Shown here piece after piece: positions 37,337 through 49,565 of a stretch of 64,000 nt of DNA; position 1 is the first letter of the stretch; every line of letters begins with the position of its first letter. Position numbers and translations under genes: made by a program. The DNA comes from Octopus sinensis. Taxonomy: Eukaryota. The DNA lies in contig NC_042999.1 in the NCBI RefSeq assembly GCF_006345805.1, positions 139,996,001-140,060,000 on the forward strand. The letters run 5' to 3'. The notes beneath the pieces are model-generated. The model was not told where the DNA came from, did not search any database, and was given only the letters and a program-made list of their open reading frames with translations.

Positions 37337-38979
37337 GTCTATTTCTTTATTAGCCACTAAACGCAGATAGGGACGGTACAAGGGCAGACAAGACAGTACG
37401 AGTGGGGATATAAACATAACAACGAATGAAAATGATAATTGTATAAAATGAGGATGGACGTCCTTGCTTGAGCCCCACCCTCAAGCACAATCTTTTATTG
37501 TTCGTTACAGTTCAATTAATTATCAGTCTGTAACCCATGTTATCATATCCTCGTCTATATCCACTGGGGGCAGATATTTTTACCTCACCCTCTCTGGTGT
37601 TATCTTAATGTTATCTCCATGATATTTTTTCAAAAAATTAAACCTCTTCCTGTCTCCTAAGATACTTTTATCTTGGAATCCAGGTATCGTTATTCTTGTT
37701 ACTTCTTTAAATCTGTCTATAGTTCTCTCAATCTCTACATTTGGTTTGTATATTAAAATATATTCTTCCTTCCATTCCGTGGCCTGCTCTTCTTTCTTTT
37801 TCTGCACGCTGGGAGCGTCTTTGTTACTTTGCTGTGTTGTGACACTTTCTGTCTGCTATTTTTGGGGTCTTTTTCCTCTTGTTTTTGACAGCTTTCGAGG
37901 ACGATTTACCCTTACTTCTCTTTCTGGTAATTTGGGTGAACTCACCCTCGGTCTCTGTTGGTTCCACTTCACTTATCTCTTCTGTCTCTGCTGCACCCTC
38001 GTGCTCCGACGTGATTACTTCTCGTTGTTTGGTTCAGTTGTGCTTAGGGGACACTTCTTTTTCACGTGCCCCTTCTGTCCACATCCGTAGCAAGTGAGGG
38101 GTCTCCCCTTTACTGAAACATTTAGTTTTCTCTCACCCGGGAGTTCAATTATCTCTGGAATCTCGTTCTTGTCGGCCATAGTTATCTGGAGCAACAACTC
38201 GAGGCCGTATCCCCATGTTTAGTTTCTGCGTTCTTGTAGCTGACACAATGCTGGGCTCTTTTGTAGTTGATAGGACTGCCGCCGCTATCCATTCTTCCTT
38301 CATTTCCGGAGGAATCCTGCCAACCTTAACTCTAGCTATTCTTCTACCCAAGCAAGTTGGCAGGAGCTTCCACTCCTCACTTCCAATAGGCATAGTGGAG
38401 CTCCCCACTGCTTCCTCCGCGGAGACGAATCTCACCTCCACTACACCGAACCTCCTTCCACGGGTGTAAAAAGTCACCTTCTTAACACACTCCAGACACC
38501 CCTCGATATCCTCCCCCTTCGCCACCTCCATCCTTCCTTCTTTCATGTTGAGTGTCCTATAAACAACAGTTTTCCCTTCCACCTCTGCCAAAAACTCTTC
38601 AGGAGGGCTCAGCTTCACCTTGCCTCCCCTCCCCTCTTGGCAAATTCCCCACATTTTCGTAGCTCATCAATAGGTATAACAACCTCACTCAATTCGAACC
38701 TCGTTTCGCTCGTTACACTCACCCTTCCAGCTACTGCTGTGCAGCTACCACTCTTTCGCACGCCTGCATTCAGCATCTCCGCCTCTATCCGGCGCGAGAG
38801 GAGAAACAACAAAAACCACAAGCCCGCCCAACAAGCTATGTGTTTCAAAATTACGACAAAAATTCGTCAAAACATTCAAAAAAGTAATAACTTCTACAAC
38901 CAACAGTTCAAAAATTCAACAGTTCACAGTCAACATCAACCCGGGCCGAAGCCGAAACTCCAATAAGACGGACTTAACG
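37337..38979 (-). mobile_element. ORF1-only (half-LINE) Tx1/L1-like element bounded by a 10-bp TSD
   Basis: TCAGTTACAG at 37327-37336 and 38980-38989. One gag-like ORF, a 3' UTR and AATAAA just before the 3' TSD. No endonuclease or RT. Confidence 0.8.
37580..38776 (-). pseudogene. Gag-like ORF1 with a CCHC zinc knuckle
   Basis: Three consecutive frameshifted ORF pieces; knuckle CYGCGQKGHVKKKC at 38051-38092; basic C-terminus. Confidence 0.8.
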
Positions 38980-41393
38980 TCAGTTACAGTTCGAAGCAGG
39001 CGAAGGACCAAAAGTCCAAAAAGTCAACTTTCTGAAAAGGGGAGGCAAGGTGCGGTAGACGGTGTGACGCTAGGTAGGAGGTTAACACAATATGTGCTGA
39101 GTGGGGGTACGGAGAGTCTATTGTAGAGAAGAGAGGAGATAGCATGCCTGTGAGCCAGGGATTAAAGTGGGATGTGTTGGTGAGTTACGTTATGTTAAGA
39201 ATTGTTAAAGTGTCAGAAAAAAAATACCCTGCAGTATTTCTGCCGGCTCTTTACGATCTGAGATCAAATCCCGCCGAAGCAGTGAAGTCGATTTAATCGG
39301 CTAACACATTCCTCTCGCAAAGAAAAGTCACGCCTTGTGCATGTATTAAAAACAGTAAATAAACGTGGGTACCTCCACTTCTACATGTTTACACACTCGC
39401 ATAAACATACAGACAAATACTACGTCAATTGTACCTTCAAACCACCACCCGTTCCATCAGACTATGCTATTATGGTGGTATAATATAACATAATATGATG
39501 TATTAAATATCTTCCTTTATCTATTGAATCAATAGCGCTTTTGTATGTCTTTAATCTAAATGATTTCATTGTAACCAATCTACAACAGCCGGTTTGTCTT
39601 TTTCTGTGTTGTTTAGAGGATTGCCAGGCTGGTTGTTTACATGGGTAGTTATAACATTTCCTCATCCCTTACCCTTCCTTCACTACATTAGTTGCCCTTC
39701 AAAATCCAGTCTATAGCTCCCAAGTTCAGGGTGGAATTAAATCAAAGAAAGAAACTGCGGAGGAAGTGAAGGAACGTTAAATATTGTCACATCCTCGTTT
39801 GTGTGTGTGCGCGACAGAGTGTTTGTGTGTGTATGCGCGCACATATATGTGAGTGTATGCTTGTATCTGTGTGCGTGTGCAATTCAAGCGCCAACAGATG
39901 CAGGTGGTCAAGGTCGTTAGCCTACTGGCACGCTCACTACCTGTTCGATGGTCCGTATCATGTAACCAGTGCTGCTCTGTGTTCCTCAACTACAAATGGC
40001 GTATTTAATTCAGTTGTAAAAAGATGCCATGTTAGGTTTCAGTGAAACAACGAAAGAACAACAATGAGATATACTTTTCAAACACCTTTACGCGCGCACG
40101 TGATGACAATAGTGGAATATTTTTGGCTTCACCGACATAATTCTGTTAGAAACATATATGTCTCAGTTTCGTTATTATAATGTTGAAATGTATTTTATTA
40201 TTAAAGTGTGATAGTATATAAATACTCTGAACGAAATTTTTCTCACTCTTTCGACGAGTTCTTTTTTAAATTTTTGGTTGGCATGGACTGAATGGTTTGT
40301 CCAGGTCCATATCAGTTGTTATTCAGATTTTTCTGCTCCCCTCGATGAATCAAAGGAACATGTCTTGCACATAGAACTCGTTTTTGGTTTGGTTTCTATG
40401 ACTGAGTGTCTTTTCCATCACGAATCACTACAAAGTGTACTGGATGCACTTTATCATGGAACCAGCACAAAAGGTTTCCTGTTCTTGAGAAGTCTAAAGA
40501 GTATAAGTATTCATCTTATACTAAAGAGTATAAGTATTCATCTTATTGTTTGAATATTGGTCAGAGCAGTATCTCTAAGTGCTCATTGCAACCAAAGCAA
40601 CCTGTCTATCTCATGCCAGTGTGGAAAATGTGTATGTATACAGTGTGTGTGTGTGTGTGTGTGTGAACTAAAGACTCCAATAAACCCATTTGAAACTGAA
40701 GTGCCTGACATTATCTTAGGGTTGGTTTGTTTTTGTTCCCATAACTTAGAAATTCAGCAAAAGAGACCAATATAATAAAGTACTAGACTTTAAAAAAGTT
40801 GGTGTCAATTTGCTCAATTAAATTCCATCAAGGCAGTATCCCAGCATGGCTGCAGTAATGACTTAATTGAGTAAAAGATGAATACTCTCTTCTCATTGGG
40901 GCTACCAAGCTCTTCTCTCCAAAAACTATCCAAAGGAACTAGAGATGGTAAGTGTAGCTGGATCAATGTAGCATGGAACAGTTAAAAATCAAACATCCGA
41001 GAATATTCTTTATGTGAAGTTCTGATGGATTTAAAGTTGTTCTCTGGATGTTAAGTATCTTACTTGAATTCAATAAATAAGATATGAATTAAAATTACTC
41101 AGTAAAAAATGCTAGCAATTTGAGGCACATTATAACATAAACTAGACAGAATGAAATTAACTCTGCATAGTTTTTATGCCTGATGTTGTGATTTTGTCAC
41201 AAACAATCATCACGTATAATAATTAAACATTCAACATCTCATTATAAAGTTTGACAGTGATAATTATATTATAAACTGGTTTCATGTGTAAATAGAATAT
41301 CAATCATTTGAATTGACTGGCATTTAGTGATAGCTTGTTAGTAGCAATGAATTGATTCATTTAAGCTCATAATATATTTAGACATTTTCTATT

Positions 41394-41701
41394 TACATTT
41401 GATGGATATTTGTCCTCATCTTGTTTGTTGTTAACACAACGTTTCAGCTGATATACCCTCCAGCCTTCATCAGGTGTCTTGGGGAAATTTTGAGCCTGGG
41501 TTCTAATTCCTAAGGTATTTTTTTCGATGTTGTTGTTGCTGTTGTTATTATTATTATTATTATTATTCAGGTCACTGCCTGGAATCGAACTCGAAATCTT
41601 AGTGTTAGTAGCCTGTGCTCTTAACCACTATGCCATATGCCCGTCAAATGTAAATAATGTAAATAATGTACATAATTCCTCATTTCTTAAATATAGAACT
41701 G
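41394..41701 (-). mobile_element. tRNA-headed, hammerhead-bearing SINE-like element with a 5' inversion
   Basis: TSD CATTTTCTATT at 41383-41393 and 41702-41712. Pol III A/B boxes at 41570-41642 (minus), HHR at 41433-41478, tail in plus orientation at 41641-41701. Confidence 0.8.
41433..41478 (-). ncRNA. Minimal type I hammerhead ribozyme
   Basis: GACAC-CUGAUGA-A-GGCUG(loop)CAGCU-GAAA-CG-UU/GUGUU. Intact core, 5-bp stem I, 5-bp stem II and palindromic stem III (ACGU). Predicted cleavage between 41438 and 41437. Confidence 0.8.
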
Positions 41702-43084
41702 CATTTTCTATTGTATGTAAATTAGTATCCACATAAAATATTATTATCATTAGCAAAAGGACAAAAATCAGATTTAAATATTTAGGAAATAAATCATTAT
41801 GGTTAATTACTCTGATTCATGTAATAAAGTATGGAAGTGATTCATATAAACTAAAAATAGCTGTAAATCTGAGGGGAAACTATGCAACAGCACATATTTC
41901 TTCTTAAGACAATATTTATTTCCGAGTAAATTGAAACAGGTCACATCTCTGCCTTGAAATTTACTGTATATGACATTGTGTATGACAAGACTAACAATTT
42001 ATATTTAGTTTCATTTAATGCATTTTTATCAAGTTCTTTTTATTTATTTCTATGGATTGCTCCCATTAATTTTTTTCTCATTAAAGCTCATTATATTTAC
42101 TACAAGCATCAGAGTAGATTCCGCAGCCTATTGAATATTTTCTTGTACAGCTTAGGTTAGGTCTGATTGAGCGTACCTGCAGATGGGTGAGCAACAAGCT
42201 GTAACTTACAGGTCTATTTTCCTATCTTATTGTATATTGTTGAAGTAAGTGGAGTTTACAATTGGATGCCCAACTAATCACTTAACTACTAAGCTGTCAT
42301 TGTAGAGATTCAAATTACAGTATATTAAGCCAACATGGAACATGAATGCAAAATGTTGATGATGATGATGGTGGTGGTGGTGGTGGTGGCAGTGGTGATA
42401 AAAACGTGAAGGATAATTCATCTGGTTAATGTAATAAGTCACAAATTGATCATTTATTTACAATAAAGTAATTAAATAGTCATTTATTGGTTTTGGTTTT
42501 TATGGATATGCACGTAATGTTCTAATTATATACCCCAGGAATCTTGGAGGATGGCTGCAAAATAATTCTAGGAAATATTTCTTTGTGATATACAGAAGGT
42601 TTTGTTTTTCTGTGTTATGTCATATTTCTTTCTAGTTAGTAATGTGTGAATTAGAGTGATTGAGCTTCTGATCACAAGGTCTAGTTAAAAATGATTATCT
42701 TGTATTCTTGAGCAGTGCACATTGCTTGTTCCAGTTTGCCTTATTGACAAACAATAGTTCCCACCTTTGTTTGATTGAGTGATTAGTGGTAAAAAGTACA
42801 TCTAGCAGTAAAAACATTTGTCAAAAAAGCAAAGCCCACCCTCCCCTACTAATATGGAAGAAGAAAAATGGGTGTAAAACAGTTTTATGGTGGATAGCCA
42901 GCTGTGCAGATAATCAAAAGAATTTTCTATTTTCTCATTCTAATTTCAGAGTGACATTTTGGGTGACTTAATTGTATATACTATTGAAATTATACATTTT
43001 ATTATTATATCATTTAAATACAAATAGATGCCCATCTCCTGAAACTCACTGAATTAAATGCAAACAGTAGTTTTCTACAATATA

Positions 43085-43265
43085 TACTCTTTTACTTGTT
43101 TCAGTCATCTGACCGCGGCCATGCTGGAGCACCGCCTTTAATCGAGCAACTCGACCCCGGGACTTATTCTTTTGTAAGCCCAGTACTTATTCTATCGGTC
43201 TCTTTTGCTGAACTGCTAAGTAACGGGGACATAAACACACCAGCATCGGTTGTCAGCATCGGTTG
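43085..43265 (-). mobile_element. SINE with CR1-like tail, young (CpGs retained)
   Basis: Minus-strand tail GGCGGTGCTCCAGCATGGCCGC...GACTGAAACAAGTAAAAG. Confidence 0.75.
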
Positions 43266-44767
43266 TAGAATATTTTATTTAGTTAATACTATCTAGTTAA
43301 ATTTTGTGTTTTGTTTATATTGTGAACTATCTAAGTATTGATAGTGGAGCTCTAGCATGAGCACAGAAACTAGAAAAAAATACCCTTTTAACTTCACAGA
43401 CTCAATTCAAATACTATGTCTATAAGTTTGGCTGCAGTTGTTATATTCCAAAATAACAAGCATTTGTAAATTCTTTTCCTAGTTACATTCTGAAATATTT
43501 ATTTGGTGTCTTTGATTAAATTCAAACAGGATAGGTGTAGTTTTTCTGTTTGTTGGAATCAAATTTTGTTTATCTCCAAGTTCACTCTGACCAAGCAGAT
43601 CTTGTGAACAAGCAATCTCAAAGAGGTTCTCTCATTAACATATTGGAGCCAGCAGATCAAAGATGAATTATATATTTAAAATACTGCACCTCCCCTGTTG
43701 CCACCTTATTCAATACAACGCTTCACTGTCTCAATAGTGATATGGTGTCATTCAAAATTTGATTCTTATAAATATATGGGAATATGTGTGAAAATAAATG
43801 TATTTGGTTTTCACCTCTCACTTTTTCACTACCAAAGCAACAACACTTTTTCTATCCTCCTACACTTAGATGAAAAGTAAGTACTCAAAATACTAGTTTC
43901 TTCACTCCTCACAATAATTGAGCTTATGAAACTTATCTAGGAAACTCACCTACATGTTTAGAGAAAGAGAGATCGGGAAAGGAGAGAGAAAAGAACTGAA
44001 ACAACCAGAATTCAAGCAATCAAAGTATTTCCTATAATGTTTTCCAGTGAACTTTTAGTGTTTCAGAACATTTGCTGTGCATATTCCCTAAAGTAAAAAA
44101 AATAATAAGAATTTTATTCATATATGGCAAACAAATTGCCTAATTAGCAGTCTATATCTAATTGCCTCTATATTAAGGCCTTACCAATATTTGCTCTGGG
44201 CATAATGTCATTTTCAATTTGTTGATACAATAACATGACTTTCTCCATGAAAGCTACTAAATATTGGGATATACCTTTCCTGATAGTTCCCAGCTGTCCA
44301 GTTTAATTGAGATATCCAAATCTACTACCATGCACCACCTGTTATTCAGAAGTTTCTACTGCATTGTCACTGAATCAACACACCAGTCACCGTTCTTTGA
44401 GAATGTGTTCCAAACCTATTAAGCAGCATTTCTGAATTTAAGCAGTTCTAGCACTCTATAAATATTATTTCTGTATTCAACTGACTCTTTACCTTTCTTC
44501 TAACAAAAGAACATTGGATTAACAAAAAAAAAAATCTTATCTTTGTTGTTGCTACTTTTGTTTCTGATATTGTTGTTGATGTTGTGAACATTTGTCAGAT
44601 GTTTTCATATTCCAAGTGTGCTAGCTTCTATTCAATGGTACAGTAGCACTTAGCTCTATTTTACACACACACACTCTGTCTTTCCTACCCTGTATATTGC
44701 ATATATCTATATACACCTACACTTTGCTGTTAACTATTATAATCTGATGTACTTTAAGATGTGTATT

Positions 44768-44802
<35 letters not shown>

Positions 44803-45977
44803 GTATCTATCTGTCTGTCTGTCTGTCTATCTTCTGTTTTATCTGTCTATCTTCTGTTTGTCTATCTATCTCTCACTCTTCTCTTTCTCTCTTTCTATTC
44901 ACATATATAAGGCACACATACATACACACACAGCTTCAAATAATTGAGTGAAAATGAGATGAGTGTTGAGGCAGCTTGCTATTAATGGCTGTAAGTAGTT
45001 TTACCACTGAATATCTGGCTTTTGACATGAAATAAGATCTAATTTATAATGAATATAAAGAAAGTACTGCTCTTCAAACAATAGTGGCATAAAAAAAAAT
45101 AAACATCTTTCAAATCTTCAATCCTAATTCAACAACATCCAGTTTTTTTAGAAATATTTTAGACCCTTATTTAATATTGATTTCTCAAGCAAAAGGAAGA
45201 GTGTAGTCAGTTACACAGATTTCAGTATATTAATGGTATTTATTTTAATAGCTCTAGAGGGAGCATAAAAGAAAATTAGCTCTAGCAAGATTCGAACTAA
45301 GAAAATTGAGGGATGAGATTAAATGCTGTAATGCATCTGCTTAAGAAGCTTATAATTTTTGCTGACTCCATTGATCTTTAGCTTTAATTAATATCGATTT
45401 ACATATTTCTATTTCAAACCACTGTGAACTGTAACCTCATTGGATATATAAGCTTAAAAACTGATCCAACAAGCCAATAAATGGTCCACTGTATTGTCAA
45501 AGGTGAAAGTTACAAGAGATTTTGAAAACGTATTTCCTTGACTTGGTTTCAATTATAGCTTCTACAACTCTGTTCTATCCATGTATTTTTAGCAGACTAC
45601 AGAAAATTTCCAATCCACATGCAATAGAAAAGTCCTGCAATCAGGTTTCAAAAGTGTGTACTTATCTGTTGGTAATAAATAATGGATTAGATTATTATTT
45701 TCTTCTGAGGATCTGGTGTTCTAAGGCGATTATGCAATCTTCTTTGTAATGATTACCACACAACGTACAAGTATATGTTGGTGAAACACATGTAAACATC
45801 ATGTAATTTATGATGTTATTTAACTGAATCTTCTGTTTTATGGTTTGTGTGTATGTGTGTGTGTGTGAGTGTGTGTGTGTAAGTTTGTGAGGGAAGTTGT
45901 GAGTTCAGGAAGAGAGAGAAAAACAAGAGGAAATTAGCAAAAATAGTTTACAATAAAACTAATAAAACACACGTATA

Positions 45978-46623
45978 CAGGGTGGGCTGAAAGTAACTAG
46001 GCATCAAAAATTGCTTATAGAATTTTAAGAATCACTGAAGTCATGACGAAAATATTTTTTAAACAGACAACACTAATGGGAATTTCTTATTTTCTTGTCT
46101 TATTTCTTATTTCTTATTTTCCAGACAGCTGGTTGTTTGACTGTTCAGAAGTGAGCTAGGATAGCAGCACTCTATTAAGTGTGAAGTACCATTGTTTTGG
46201 TTCAGAGATGGTGCTGTGCATGGATAGATAAGCATGCAACACTACGTCCAGAGACAATAAAAAGTTATGTAAATCTGATGACCATGGACTCTGTGAACGA
46301 TGCAAGAAGTGGCCATCCAACCACATCCGGTTTGCATAACAACTTTTTATTGTCTCCGGACGTAGTGTTGCATGCTTATCTATCCAGGCACAGCACCATC
46401 TCTGAACCAAAACAATGGAAATTTCACACTTCATAGCGTGCTGCTATCTTAGCTCGCTCCTAAACAGTCAAGTGACCAGCTATCTGGAAAATAAGAAATA
46501 TGACAAGAAAATAAGAAATTCCCATTAGTGTTGCCTGTTTAAAAAATGTTTTCGTTATGACTTCAGTGATACTTAAAATTCTATAAGCAATTTCTAATAC
46601 CTAGTTACTTTACACCTATCCTG
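45978..46623. mobile_element. Tc1/mariner-derived palindromic foldback element
   Basis: TA TSD at both ends; arms 45978-46273 and 46331-46623; 57-bp spacer. Arm plus spacer reads VQRW...LRPETIK...LMTMDSVNDARSGHPTTS (transposase N-terminal HTH region). Confidence 0.9.
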
Positions 46624-46624
46624 T

Positions 46625-46850
46625 ATATCATAATCATCATCATCATCGTTTAACGTCCGTTTTCCATGCTAGCATGAGTTATATATATGTATATGGAAAC
46701 ACTGCTAAAATGTCTGTGAAGGTTACATAACTGGTGTATGTCAAGAGACAGGTCCATTGCCAAGTCGGGTATCTCCGAAGTGCTTTGCCAACCTGTCAAA
46801 CATCGGCGCCCGTTTTGTGCAATGTAGGTAAAATTTGGATTACACATATA
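46625..46850 (+). mobile_element. SINE-like repeat with (CAT)n end
   Basis: TTTCCATGC(T/A)AGCATG motif shared with about 1135-1260; related pieces at about 40270-40470 and 60530-60620. Confidence 0.55.
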
Positions 46851-46860
46851 TAAGTTTACT

Positions 46861-46892
<32 letters not shown>

Positions 46893-47099
46893 CATACAAA
46901 GAGAGAGAGAGAGAGAGAGAACAATCTTACTTAGAAATGGATGCGTGCGTTCCATCATATAATATATTAATAAATAAAACATATGCATATATATATATAA
47001 ATATATGTACGTACCAACCTCTACGTGTATATATACACGCATAAGTGCAGCAAAAGGAATCCCTAATGTGAAAGGTGCAATGATTAGGTCCGATAGGTT

Positions 47100-48030
47100 G
47101 GTAGTATTATAAAGGAAGGGGAAATATTGCAGCGGGTACGGGAGCTGGGAAGGGATCTAGGAAAGGACAGAGCACTGAGAAAAGAGGAGCCACAGACGAG
47201 GAGTCTGCGATGTTTACGATGGAATGGCTGGAAGAGGAACAAAAGCTGGTGATGATATGAACAAATGGAATCAGCGGAAGAAACGAAGAATGGTACGTTG
47301 TATGTGAAAGGGGATTTCGGACGCGAAGTTGAGGTGCAATCAACAACACGCGTAGGAGAACGCAGAATGGATAAAAGAGGGTGAGTAGCTACGGCGAATG
47401 AAGAAGTAGACCATATGCTGAACCTGCATCTCGAAGTCGTAGTTATTGCTACAGAGGCATTGAAGATGGAGGCACTGGGAATAGAAGAAGGAACACTTGG
47501 TGTGGGTGGTGTGCGAGAAGGACAAGTTAAGATAGGAGTGGGTGTCGGTGAGTTTGTAGAAGACGGAGATGGTGAGCGTGAGAGTGGTTGATGGAGATGG
47601 TGATGTCAAGAAAACGAAGGAACGTATCGGAGAGAGAACCGACAAAGGAAATGAAAGTGTTTGGCTCCTCTTAGAGAAAGACAAGAGGTGCTGAAACAGT
47701 CGACGGTTTAGCAGCTGTATAGATCTGTAGTAGGACTATATGTGGGACCCGACATAACTAGGATAGAGTAGTATGTATGTCGAGGAAGTGTTAAAGAGTC
47801 TGGAGGTCTTCGTCGTCAGTGATGACGGCGTAAAGAGAGACGATGTCCAGGGTGAAAGGGAGACCGAAGGAGACGGAGGAGCAAGAACTGAAGAAACAGG
47901 GAGCATAGTTGGCATCATGGACAGTATGGGAGGGGCGGAAAGCAGCAACGAAGATAACGAGCATAATGTCTAGGTGGGTGAAGATGAGTTCAATGGGACA
48001 AGTATGATAATGGGGCGTCTGTGAATCGGA
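47100..48030 (-). mobile_element. Penelope-like element RT remnant
   Basis: FLDITISIN, SVFYKLTDTHSYLNLSFSHTTHTKCSFFYSQCLHLQCLCSNNYDF (PLE RT thumb pattern). Confidence 0.8.
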
Positions 48031-48039
48031 GGTGCGTCG

Positions 48040-48185
48040 CTACTCAGTGATGGATTGAATATGTAGTCTTCGAATTAGCTTTCTTCTTTCAGGTTTTGAG
48101 AAGCCCAATTTCTCAAGATTGGTATTTAGGCAGCGTGTTACATATCCCAGAGCCCCAATAATTACAGGTATGAATCTGAACTTGT
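48040..48185 (-). mobile_element. RLE-type non-LTR C-terminal fragment
   Basis: QLLYPDHKFRFIPVIIGALGYVTRCLNTNLEKLGFS; near-identical to 22000-22150. Confidence 0.75.
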
Positions 48186-48360
48186 GATCTGGATAGAGTA
48201 ACTGTATGTGTGTACGTACGTACGTATGTATGTATGTATGTATGTATGTATGTATGTATGTATGTATGTATATATGCGTGCATGTATGCATATATGTATG
48301 TATGTATGTATGTATGTATATATGTATGTATGTATGTATGTATGCATGTATATATGTGTG
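48185..48360. repeat. (TGTA)n microsatellite
   Basis: Direct reading. Confidence 0.95.
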
Positions 48361-48379
48361 GCGAGGAATGCGTGCGTAT

Positions 48380-49340
48380 GTGAAGGTCGTCTAACAAGGA
48401 GATACCAACTCTCCAAAGCTCTTCACTGCATGTCTTGAAATAGTCATCAGCGGCATTGACTGGAAAGGTAGCGTCAGCATCAACGAAAGGTAGCGTCAAC
48501 ATCCACCGTCCTACCCAATTCGCAGACGATATCGTGCTCATCACAGAAACATTAGATCAGCCACAGATGATACAAACAGATCTGGACACCAAATTTCAGC
48601 ATTGCACGAGAAAACACGCAGTCTGAAAACATCTCAAAAGTGGTGGAAAGCGATGAAACTGAGGAGGTAAAAGAGTACATCTATTTAAGACAGACAGTAA
48701 ATATATCCAGAGTCATGAACACAGAAATCTTGCACCGAGTCAGAGCATACTGGAAGGCGTTTGTCTCGATTAAAAAGGTGCTCAAATCACAGCAGGACAA
48801 ACCCTTGCGTGCAGAGCCGGATTAAGACCCATCGAGACCCTAAGCACTTAAAAAATTTTGGTGCCCCCCCTCCCCCCAGATAATGTAATTCAAAATATAA
48901 ACAATAACAAACCATAGAATAATTTTTTAGTTTTCAAAACGAAGCAAAACAGTAAGAGGGAAAATAGTGTTTATTTTTGTATACTCCCACTTTATATTTG
49001 AAAAGTTTTCTCCTACTTTTTTGAATTGCGAAGTCTTTGCTCAGATCCTCAAAATTAATCGTAGGTAAACACATCTGCATCTATACTTAGTAGAGATAAA
49101 GGGACCCTGAATATTATTTTAGCAAGTTTAAAGTGATTTCTTTTGTGCCGTAAACCATTTACCATTTCTGTGGTGCCCCGTCCTTCCCTTGATGCCCTAA
49201 GCACACGTTTATTTTGCTTAATGGTTAATCCAGCGCCGCCCGCGTGCTAATCTCTTCAATAATACCATCCTGTATGTGCTCTTGTACCCAAGTCGCATCT
49301 GGGCTACCAGATTTAACAGAAGTAACAGAGTGATTCAAGG
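48380..49340 (+). mobile_element. RTE LINE RT remnant interrupted by a hAT MITE
   Basis: QGDTNSPKLFTACLE, QFADDIVLI, EVKEYIYL and KKVLKSQQDKPLRA|MITE|NLFNNTIL. Confidence 0.8.
48812..49238 (-). mobile_element. hAT deletion derivative
   Basis: TIR CAGAGCCGGATTAA / TTAATCCAGCGCCG; imperfect 8-bp TSD CTTGCGTG / CCCGCGTG; minus-strand peptide LSLLSIDAD...INFEDLSKDFAIQKSRRK (hAT C-terminus). Confidence 0.8.
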
Positions 49341-49565
49341 TCTGAGAGTTTCGTGTGTTGGCACTTATCAAACTAGTCAAGCCTTCGACCTGTGGCTAGT
49401 TTAATGACGCACGAAACTCACTGTTGCTTCTGCTAAATATTAACAAAAATATACTTATACTCATATTTTGAGTACTGTTTTTTCCTATTTGTACCAACAG
49501 CAACTGCAAACTAGATGTGTCTATTCACCAACAATACAGAGCATTCGCCATATTTCATTCCACAT

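Noticed and set aside
40495-40546. Two direct repeats of about 25 bp (CRISPR-like?)
   Set aside because: It is a simple tandem duplication with no spacers in eukaryotic DNA.
48113-48544. Long HTYI/MYVC-type ORFs (also at 4467, 21830, 49695 and 55113)
   Set aside because: They are stop-free microsatellite translations.
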